From assembly GCA_963784385.1 (NCBI GenBank), contig CAWARF010000004.1, positions 292,412 through 356,411 on the forward strand: a stretch of DNA of 64,000 bases. The letters are read 5' to 3'. Numbering within the stretch: the first letter of the stretch is position 1; every line of letters begins with the position of its first letter. Under the pieces are notes generated by a model, which was not told the DNA's origin, ran no database searches, and saw only the letters and a list, made by a program, of their open reading frames with translations. The translations under genes and the position numbers were made by a program. This document shows, in pieces, positions 56,786 to 64,000 of this stretch. The DNA comes from an uncultured Acidobacteriota bacterium. Lineage in GTDB: Bacteria; Acidobacteriota; Terriglobia; Acidiferrales; UBA7541.

Positions 56786-59515
56786 TTGCGACTTCAGTTT
56801 GATGGTCATCAAGCCTATCAACTAAGAGCGATTGAAACCGTTGCTGACCTTCTACAAGGGCAGCCCCGAAAGCTGGTTGATTTTGCCGTCGCCGACCTGG
56901 GGCCAATCTTTGGCTCGATCACTAACCGGTTGGATTTGAGCGAGGAGCACCTGCTCGAGAATCTTCGCTTTGTCCAGCAGAGAAATGGTATTCCGCTCGA
57001 TTCCAGTCTGCAGTGGATTGAGGACACGATTCGCACTGAGGGCGGGGATCGGCAGGTCCGATTCGCGAACTTCTCGGTGGAAATGGAAACGGGTACCGGG
57101 AAGACGTATGTCTACTTGCGGACGGCGCTAGAGTTGAACCGTCGGTACGGCTTGCGGAAATTCATCGTCGTCGTTCCGTCTGTGGCGGTGCGTGAAGGCG
57201 TGATCAAGACTCTGAAGATTACTCAGGAACATTTGCGGGCGCTATACGACAACGTGCCCTACCGCTATACGGTCTATGATTCGAAGAGCATCGCGAAGGT
57301 ACGGCAGTTCGCGCACAGCGACTGCGTCGAATTGCTGGTGATGACGATCGACTCCTTCAATAAGGAAGACAATGTTATTCGCCAGAGCACAGATCGCCTG
57401 CAGGGCGCGACTCCGCTGTTTCTTGTGCAGTCGGCCAGGCCGGTGCTGATTCTTGACGAGCCGCAGAACATGGAGAGCGAAGGCCGGATAAGGGCATTGG
57501 CCTCGCTCGATCCATTGTTCGCGCTGCGCTATTCCGCGACACACCGCAACCCTTACAACTTGGTTTACCGTCTGACGCCGTTTGAGGCGTATCGCCAATC
57601 GTTGGTTAAGAAGATTCAAGTGGCATCCGTTGTAAAAGAGGACGACTTCAATCAGGTCTTCGTTAGCGTGGAAGAGATTCGTACCGCGGCCCAAAAGGTA
57701 CAGGCGAAGATTGCATTGCACAAACGAATGGCGGGCGCGGAAATCAAGGAGAAGGCCTTTCTATTCAAGCCCGGCGACTGCCTCGCGGATAAGGCCGAGC
57801 GGCCAGAGTACTCCAGCTATGTGATAGATGAAATCAACGCCGCCGATCAGACTGTCAGGTTCAAGAACGGCGTCGAGATCGGGGTCGGCCAGACGCAAGG
57901 AGCGGACCAGGCGGCACTGTTTCGGGAGCAAATTCGTTACACGGTGGAAGAGCACTTCCGTAAGCAGAGCCGGCTAAAGTCAGCCGGCATTAAGGTACTG
58001 TCGCTGTTTTTCATCGATCGCGTAGAGAATTTCATCGGGGACCCGCCGGCCGATAAGACCGCGATCGGCGTGGACGGTCTATATCCCGGTATCATCCGGC
58101 AGCTGTTTGATGAAGCGTTTGAGACGCTTAAATCGAAGTATCCGGGTTTCTCTGGAAAAAGGGCGAGCGATGTCCGGGAGAGCTATTTCGCCAAGAAAAA
58201 GCGACGAGGCGGCGCAGAGGACGCAATTGACTCCACTAGCGGGCAAAGCGCGGAGGACAGGACAGCCTATAACCTGATCATGAAGGAAAAGGAGCGGCTC
58301 TTGTCCCTGGATGAGCCGGTCGCTTTCATTTTTTCCCATAGTGCGCTGCGGGAAGGCTGGGATAACCCTAATGTCTGCCAGATTTGTACTCTGAATCAGA
58401 CTGTGTCGGAGGTAAGAAAGCGTCAGGAGGTCGGAAGAGGGATGCGGCTGGTGGTGAACCAGCAGGGAGAGCGGAGTTCTGAAGACAAGTTCAATATCCT
58501 AACCGTGATCGCGAACGAGAGTTATGAACAGTTCGTATCCACTTTACAAGCCGAGATGATCGAAGCATTCGGCGAAGCAGGCTCCGCGCCCAAGCCTGTT
58601 AACGCCCGAGAGAAGCACGTTGCCAAGCGCAAGCCGCTGGATGAATTGCCGCAAGAGTTTGCCGCCCTATGGGAGAAAATCAAGCTCAAAACCCGCTATC
58701 AGGTAACAGTGAATTCCGGCAAACTGATGGCAGATGTCGTCGGTGAGCTTGACCGCATCAAGATCGACCCGCCGCGAATTGTTGCCTCCAAGGCCGAAGT
58801 GACCATCGACAAAGACAAGGACCAGCTCGACTACCAACTCTTCGGGCACGGAGTTCTTGCCACGGTAGTGAGCTCACGGGGGGCGCCGAATATCGTAGCA
58901 ATGATCGAGGATCTGATTGCACACATCACGCCGCCGATCAAGCTGACGCGAAAGACTCTGTGTGCAATCGTGCTTGGCACGAAGAATCGCAAAGCTGCGC
59001 TCGATAACCCTCAAGAGTTTTCCTTGCATGCGGCGAGGGCCATCCGCGAGAAGGCAATTGAGCAGTTGGTGGATGGCATCCAATACCACAAAGACGGGAC
59101 ATGGTATGACCTGAGCGAGTGGATCGAGGAAGAGGAAACCGTTTCCGAGCGGCTGGTTCCCGTCACTAACTCGATTTACGACCATATCGTGGTCCAGTCG
59201 GAGACAGAAAAGCGCTTCGTCGAGAAGTTAAAGAAGCGAAGCGATGTGCGCTTGTTCGTTAAACTGCCGGCATGGTTCAAGGTGGCGACGCCCGTAGGCC
59301 AGTACAATCCTGACTGGGGCCTGGTCATGGAAGAGGTTGACGCGTTTGGAGACAGGGGGCCGTTGCTGTACCTGGTCCGGGAAACGAAAAGCACGACTGT
59401 CGCAAGTGAGCTAAGAGGCACGGAGAATCAAAAGAACCACTGCGGAGAGCGACATTTCGTTGGGGCGCTCGGCGTTGACTATCGGGTGATTACATCCGCC
59501 GACGACCTTCCCTAG
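56786..59515 (+). CDS. res: Type III restriction enzyme Res subunit (SF2 helicase + C-terminal PD-(D/E)xK nuclease)
   Basis: Motif I METGTGKTYVY, motif II ILDEPQN, motif III YSATH, motif VI QEVGRGMRL. Nuclease-like YNPDWGLVMEE ... LYLVRETKS. Confidence 0.9.
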   Translation: MRLQFDGHQAYQLRAIETVADLLQGQPRKLVDFAVADLGPIFGSITNRLDLSEEHLLENLRFVQQRNGIPLDSSLQWIEDTIRTEGGDRQVRFANFSVEMETGTGKTYVYLRTALELNRRYGLRKFIVVVPSVAVREGVIKTLKITQEHLRALYDNVPYRYTVYDSKSIAKVRQFAHSDCVELLVMTIDSFNKEDNVIRQSTDRLQGATPLFLVQSARPVLILDEPQNMESEGRIRALASLDPLFALRYSATHRNPYNLVYRLTPFEAYRQSLVKKIQVASVVKEDDFNQVFVSVEEIRTAAQKVQAKIALHKRMAGAEIKEKAFLFKPGDCLADKAERPEYSSYVIDEINAADQTVRFKNGVEIGVGQTQGADQAALFREQIRYTVEEHFRKQSRLKSAGIKVLSLFFIDRVENFIGDPPADKTAIGVDGLYPGIIRQLFDEAFETLKSKYPGFSGKRASDVRESYFAKKKRRGGAEDAIDSTSGQSAEDRTAYNLIMKEKERLLSLDEPVAFIFSHSALREGWDNPNVCQICTLNQTVSEVRKRQEVGRGMRLVVNQQGERSSEDKFNILTVIANESYEQFVSTLQAEMIEAFGEAGSAPKPVNAREKHVAKRKPLDELPQEFAALWEKIKLKTRYQVTVNSGKLMADVVGELDRIKIDPPRIVASKAEVTIDKDKDQLDYQLFGHGVLATVVSSRGAPNIVAMIEDLIAHITPPIKLTRKTLCAIVLGTKNRKAALDNPQEFSLHAARAIREKAIEQLVDGIQYHKDGTWYDLSEWIEEEETVSERLVPVTNSIYDHIVVQSETEKRFVEKLKKRSDVRLFVKLPAWFKVATPVGQYNPDWGLVMEEVDAFGDRGPLLYLVRETKSTTVASELRGTENQKNHCGERHFVGALGVDYRVITSADDLP

Positions 59516-59595
59516 AGAATCAGTCGTGCTGTGATTATTCTGATGCGGGAATTGGTGGCATATCCGGGCGGGATTGTGGCTACCGCGTCAGCTGC

Positions 59596-59810
59596 TCAGC
59601 TAGCGGGGAAATCTATAAGCATCCCGGAGAGACATGACGGCTGCGGTAGTGGCACCCAGCGCTGCGAGCGCGTGGTACTCCTTTCCTTTTAGCGGAGTCC
59701 GTAGTCGGATATTCCACGGAAAACTAACCACGGGACTTCATTCTGGGCCTCCAGTCCGTCGCCAAAGATGCTCTTGAAGCTGTGACAATCAAGTGCACGA
59801 GCGGAAGGTA
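59596..59810 (-). pseudogene. C-terminal remnant of a nucleoside-phosphorylase-superfamily (PNP_UDP_1-like) gene, frameshifted
   Basis: ...FKSIFGDGLEAQNEVPWLVFRGISDYG then, after a shift, KGKEYHALAALGATTAAVMSLRD. This resembles the (V/I)RGISDYAD...W..YAA..AAAYA tail of this fold. The match is short. Confidence 0.3.
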
Positions 59811-59836
59811 CTCAGTCTCAATGTCCCAATGCACCG

Positions 59837-61157
59837 TTACAATTCGCAGAACGACGATGCGCCTCTACGCGTGTGATTGCAGCCGGTTCGGTCGGAAATC
59901 ACCAGCGTTCGGTCGAAGTCTTTCGTGTTGTATATCCGGTCCTCGATCTCATTGCCTTCCCGGTCGGTGTCTCCCCTCTCCGGCCGATAGCCGTGAACAT
60001 CGACATCGATATGCACCTTGATGACTTTGTACGGCGCCAGGAAGCCGTCCTGAATGCCTTGCTTGAGCGAGTAGGTGTAGACGGGCTTACCGAAGTAATT
60101 GATGTTGGAGACGTATTTCGTTTCCTTCGGTGTAGCGGTAAGGCCGATCTGGGTTGCGCCCGAGAAGTATTCGAGGATTTCTCGCCAAGCTGCATCTTCG
60201 GCAGCACTGCCGCGGTGGCACTCGTCGATGACGATGAGATCGAAAAATCCGGGAGAGAATTCACGGAATAGCTTTTGGCGTTCCTCCGGTCCGGTAATTG
60301 CCTGGTAGAGGCCCAGATAAACTTCGTAGACGGTATCGATGCGGCGTTTGCGGTCAAGAGCGGTGGTGAGCTCGACTTCGGTGCCATCTTCCCGTTCAAT
60401 TGTTTTTGCGCCCGTGCTGAGTTTGGCCATGGCCGCGCCGAACGGCCGGAAATCATTCACCATCGTCTGATCGATCAGAACATTTCGGTCGGCCAGGAAG
60501 AGAATGCGCTTCTCGCGTCCGGCTTTCCACAAACGCCAGATAATCTGAAATGCCGTGTAGGTCTTGCCCGTGCCCGTCGCCATCACCAGCAAAACGCGGT
60601 CCTGGCCTTTGGCAATGGCTTCGGTTGCTGCGTTGATGGCGTTGGTCTGATAGTAGCGTGGCGCTTTGCCCCTGCCGTCGTCGAAATAATCCTGCAGCAC
60701 AAGGTCTTCTTCGGCGGCGCTCAGTCCCTTCCAGATGCAGTATTTCGTCCAGAGTTCTTTCGGCGTCGGAAATTCGTCGAGGCTGAGCGAGGCTTCCTTT
60801 TGGTCACTGGTTCCGGTGCGGTCGTGGAATACGAATCCGTCGCCAATTGGAGGAAAAGACGAGGGGAATGTTAAGTGTCACCGCGTAGTCGAGCGCCTGC
60901 TGTATGCCGTCTCCGACACTGTGGTTGTTATCTTTGGCCTCGATTATGGCAATCGGAATGTTCGGCTTGTAATAAAGGATGTAGTCCGCACGTTTGGCTT
61001 TGCCGCGAGTAACGAGCTTCCCCCGGACGATGATGCGGCCCTTCGTGAAGGCCACCTCCTCGCGAATCTGCATCATCCCGTCCCAGCCCGCGCGCTTGAT
61101 GGCGGGGCCTATGAACTTGGAGCAGATGTCGCGCTCGCTGAGGTCTTTCTTGTTCAT
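59837..61157 (-). pseudogene. hsdR: Type I restriction enzyme HsdR remnant: 1-nt frameshift near 60846 and loss of the C-terminal half
   Basis: N-terminal nuclease domain (RADYILYYKPNIPIAIIEAKD) in 60804..61157. SSNW-RRIR should read [15 protein letters not shown] (an extra T in CCAATTGG). Helicase motifs I (MATGTGKT), II (DECHRGS) and III (LTATP) lie in 59837..60700. Motifs IV-VI are absent, and no hsdM or hsdS is nearby. Confidence 0.8.
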
Positions 61158-61365
61158 ACGTTCGTCGCGGTTGATCCTCAAAGTGAAGCCTCAGAGCCAT
61201 ACGCGGCCGCTCAAGAAATCGTAAGGTTAATTCAACATTTATGAATAGGCTCCTGAACTTCGCTGCTTTCTTAAGCAACGCGGAGCAACACCCACAAACG
61301 TTATGAGCACTATGTTTCTGGCTTGCGTCAAGAATACAGCGGATCGAGTCCGACGAAGGCAGCTC

Positions 61366-62436
61366 TCATGTGTCCAGCATGTCCCATTCGTCACCGAGCA
61401 CCCACCGAAGGGCGGAAAGCTTCCCGTTGATCATCCCCCACTCAAAATCATCCCAAGGGCCGTAGTTGTCTTTGCCGAGCTTGCGCTCTGCCCTCTTTGC
61501 GGCCTTGAGCGCACCCCTCCAGACCGTATCGACGGTATGGGTCTGTCCATATCCTCGAGACCGCCTCCACTTCGCTTCCCACTCTGCGCTTGTAACGAGC
61601 TTGTGTTGGCCTCGCTGAATACTCCACGCGAGATTTTTGTGCCGGTTGTACCAAACCTTGGTCGTCAGCTCATCAATGGAGTGGAGAATTTCCGGGAGCC
61701 TCCTCGGTTCTTCAATCCATTCCTGCTCGATCATGAGGTCGGCAAATTGCTCTGGCCTGACGCGGCGCAGCACTTCGCCCAGGGTGATGAAGTACAGCGA
61801 CCGTACGCGCGAAAAACATACGGCGATATCGGGGTGCGGCAGCTTGTCGTTCGCATTTGGGTGGCTAAAGTCCTTGATGTTATGCGTGACGAAGGCGAAG
61901 CGTGCGCCAGGTGCTCCTTTGGCCGTAACCGCATCCGCATAGACTTCGATCAGGACCGCATCGTCGATGCCGTTCCGCTGCCTGTGAAACGGAGCACGCT
62001 TGTCGATGGCGCGCTGTGCCGCCCGTAGCTTTACCGAATCGGAAATCTCGACGACGGCCGTGTCCGCGAAGAGCTTCTCTATTCGGCTCACGCTGTCCAC
62101 GGCTGCTGAACCCAGTGTTGGAAGCCGATAATCTACGTCGTTTAGTTGGCTTAATACCGTGTTCTTCGTCCGTGGATCGCCAAACTTCTCCACGGCCTCC
62201 TTTGCGCGCTTCAGCGTGCTGGACAAACTGCGACTGCTGTCCTCGATAATGCGTGCTTTATTGCGGGCAAATTCATCGACGACGGTACGCGGAAGAATGA
62301 GTGCGATGTCACCCTGTCGGATGAGTTCTTCGAGCGCGGCAAGTATCGCCTGCTGCTGGTAATCCTTGGCAACATCGAGCCACACGCACGTGTCTATCAA
62401 GAGGTTGAATCTGGCCTCTTTTTTCCCTTTGGCCAT
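61366..62436 (-). CDS. PIN-like nuclease-fold protein (DUF4935-like N-terminal domain) with a roughly 140-aa Trp-rich C-terminal domain
   Basis: Acidic PIN-type positions: LLIDTCVWLD, VVDEF, NGIDDAVLIE, FVTHNIKDF. The C-terminus is ...WDDFEWGMINGKLSALRWVLGDEWDMLDT. It starts 31 nt after the hipA stop on the same strand. Confidence 0.6.
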   Translation of the reverse strand: MAKGKKEARFNLLIDTCVWLDVAKDYQQQAILAALEELIRQGDIALILPRTVVDEFARNKARIIEDSSRSLSSTLKRAKEAVEKFGDPRTKNTVLSQLNDVDYRLPTLGSAAVDSVSRIEKLFADTAVVEISDSVKLRAAQRAIDKRAPFHRQRNGIDDAVLIEVYADAVTAKGAPGARFAFVTHNIKDFSHPNANDKLPHPDIAVCFSRVRSLYFITLGEVLRRVRPEQFADLMIEQEWIEEPRRLPEILHSIDELTTKVWYNRHKNLAWSIQRGQHKLVTSAEWEAKWRRSRGYGQTHTVDTVWRGALKAAKRAERKLGKDNYGPWDDFEWGMINGKLSALRWVLGDEWDMLDT

Positions 62437-62467
62437 GCCCTACCTCCTTAAGCGTCGGCGGGGCGTG

Positions 62468-63721
62468 CTATCCATTGACTGCCTCTTTCAGGTCTTCGTG
62501 CTCGAAAGCCGAAGCCATCCGGCCGATCTCGTTCTTGCCTACACCGTGATGGGCGGCCTCGTTGCGCCAGGTCGAGACGGCCTTGCCGACTTGCTTGGCT
62601 ATCTGGCGAGCCTTGGCGGCGTCCAGTTCAAAGTACCTCGCCACGGACATGGCCAGCGCCAGGGATGCTGTGCCATCGTCCTCGTTGATTGCCGTGGTCA
62701 GGATGCGCGGCTTGATGTCGGTCGGTACAGGGTTGAGATCGTAGGCCGGTGACAGAAGCCAGCCGTCGCTGCCGTGATAAAGAAAACCGTGATTGCGTAG
62801 ATGATCGTCGGTATTGGATATGAGAATGTTAAAAACGATGCGCCGCCAAAGCGCTTCGATGTCGGCTTTGGGGGCGGCCCCGTGCTGGCGCAGTGCGTCT
62901 ACAATTTCGAGGTAGCTGTGTGACTCATTATCTCTCGCGCCGAGCATGCTCATGGCGGAGAGGAACGGGATCCGGCGCTCGCCATCCCGGTCGAAGCGCC
63001 GCAGCAGAAGCACAGGTTTCTTTCCAATCATTTCGACGCGCGCAACGGGTACCGCAATTCCAGCTTTATGCGCCAGTGCGAGCGCCACGGCTTCCCAGAT
63101 GACGGTACTGGTCTCATCGTCCTTGCGCGGAAACTTCGCAATCGCCAGTTGACCATCCTTCTCCCTGACGGATGCCTTGGGCCGCGCACCACCAAGGGAA
63201 GAGCCGGGCGCGAACAGCAACTGTAGATCTTCGTCGGTGTCGGTTTCGTCGATGACATGCTCTGCGGCCGAGAGCAGTTTCGGCAGCGCCACGAGCGGCG
63301 GTATGCGTTCGGCTTCCCCTTGCGCGAGGAAGGGGCCGCCTTCCATGTCGGCAAAGCGTAGCGCGCCCGCGCGCGCCTCGTCGTCCACCAGCAGCAGATA
63401 GTCCATTTCGCGCAGGGTGCGAGGGGCCTGCCCTTCGTGTTCCGCGCGCCGGCGCTCCATGCGTCGCATCAGCGCTCTGCCCCATCGATCCGGCGCAGAA
63501 TCTCCAATGGCCCCAAACATCGGCGTATCGGCGGTTGTGTGAAACGGTCCAGGGCCGAGCTTTAAGGCCGGTTCTAGGGAGAAGCGGTTGGGATGTTGGA
63601 GCCAGGTGTCGTTGTATTCAAAGGTCGCGCCCTCCTTATTTTTGCTTACACGTCCCCATAAGCGCCCGACAAGATGCGGCACTCCGCCCAGGTCCACATA
63701 CACAAAAACTTGCCTTTCCAT
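62468..63721 (-). CDS. hipA: HipA-family serine/threonine kinase toxin (full length, with N-terminal domain)
   Basis: SLGGARPKA (P-loop-like), NTDDHLRNHGFL (catalytic loop), SPAYDLNP. Confidence 0.9.
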   Translation of the reverse strand: MERQVFVYVDLGGVPHLVGRLWGRVSKNKEGATFEYNDTWLQHPNRFSLEPALKLGPGPFHTTADTPMFGAIGDSAPDRWGRALMRRMERRRAEHEGQAPRTLREMDYLLLVDDEARAGALRFADMEGGPFLAQGEAERIPPLVALPKLLSAAEHVIDETDTDEDLQLLFAPGSSLGGARPKASVREKDGQLAIAKFPRKDDETSTVIWEAVALALAHKAGIAVPVARVEMIGKKPVLLLRRFDRDGERRIPFLSAMSMLGARDNESHSYLEIVDALRQHGAAPKADIEALWRRIVFNILISNTDDHLRNHGFLYHGSDGWLLSPAYDLNPVPTDIKPRILTTAINEDDGTASLALAMSVARYFELDAAKARQIAKQVGKAVSTWRNEAAHHGVGKNEIGRMASAFEHEDLKEAVNG

Positions 63722-63736
63722 CGTTTCCTCTATCGA

Positions 63737-64000
63737 CTACTGTTTCCGCGGCCGGGAAATCCGCTGCGGAAGATGCTCTTCTTCGAGCTGCAGGCCGACC
63801 GCGTCGTTCCTCGGGTCGGCGAGATCGGCGAGCCGATCCGTCAGACCCAGCACGAACAGCACGATGGCATAACTGCCGATGGCAACGCCGGGCTCGCCTT
63901 TTTCGATTTTGACCAGCGTCGTCCGGCTGATGGATGCGCGCGCGGCGGCGATTTCTGCTGGAATGCGCCGGCGCCGGCGCGCATCACGTATATCGTGGCC
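63737..64000 (-). CDS. hipB: HipB-like XRE-family HTH antitoxin (5' end beyond the right edge)
   Basis: IRDARRRRRIPAEIAAARASISRTTLVKIEKGEPGVAIGSYAIVLFVLGL. The stop lies 15 nt before the hipA ATG. Confidence 0.7.
   Translation of the reverse strand, partial: GHDIRDARRRRRIPAEIAAARASISRTTLVKIEKGEPGVAIGSYAIVLFVLGLTDRLADLADPRNDAVGLQLEEEHLPQRISRPRKQ

Noticed and set aside
59654-59672. TGGCACCCAGCGCTGCG, considered as a sigma-54 promoter
   Set aside because: The GG-to-GC spacing is 11 nt rather than 10, and no plus-strand gene follows.
61303-62028. 241-aa plus-strand ORF
   Set aside because: It is antisense to the PIN-like gene and has no motifs.
1-64000. Search for rRNA genes, complete tRNA genes, CRISPR arrays and prophage structural genes
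   Set aside because: None were recognised by eye. Only tRNA 5' halves were found, and the only recombinase-type genes are one integrase and the IS3 transposase.

Overview
High-GC bacterial chromosomal segment. The gene families present (VWFA-related VWA proteins, a CarboxypepD_reg-type TonB-dependent receptor, NHL and PQQ beta-propellers, DUF3300, DUF4136) suggest Acidobacteriota; this is inference only. No rRNA gene, complete tRNA gene or CRISPR array was seen. Layout: (1) 0-15 kb holds an envelope/stress block: a sensor-less sigma-54 activator divergent from an LPKTAS-tailed protein + VWA + sortase cassette, then an ECF sigma, a BON protein, two Hsp20, a second VWA, DUF4136, HdeD, a FixL/FixJ-like two-component pair and DUF3300. 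(2) 15.2-16.8 kb is a junction mosaic of promoter-bearing 5' halves of tRNA genes, a LuxR-HTH remnant and an intact XRE regulator. (3) 17.5-37.2 kb is a catabolic block: a TonB receptor (frameshifted), cytochrome c, PQQ dehydrogenase, cupin, NHL, a Tat-signal MmgE/PrpD protein, a LuxR regulator, aldehyde dehydrogenase, amidohydrolase, Rieske protein, MFS transporter, an acetoacetate-decarboxylase-like protein and a Tat-signal FMN dehydrogenase. It is bracketed by a two-part direct repeat about 22.1 kb apart. (4) 37.4-46.3 kb is a decayed mobile region: a toxin-antitoxin-like pseudogene pair, XRE 3'-end copies, a truncated kinase and a tyrosine integrase. The integrase sits in a 3.15 kb segment bracketed by inverted promoter-bearing repeats. 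(5) 47-52.4 kb holds a TonB-like protein with a degenerate M48-like protein, and a strong sigma-54 promoter match ahead of a membrane protein and a trypsin-like protease. (6) 52.6-64 kb is a defence-type island: an intact IS3 element disrupting a PRTase gene, a complete Type III R-M, hsdR and phosphorylase-like remnants, and a co-oriented hipB-hipA-PIN-like cluster. All family names come from motif recognition by eye, not from database searches. The two most unusual items are the inverted-repeat-bracketed recombinase segment and the repeated tRNA-5'-half modules.
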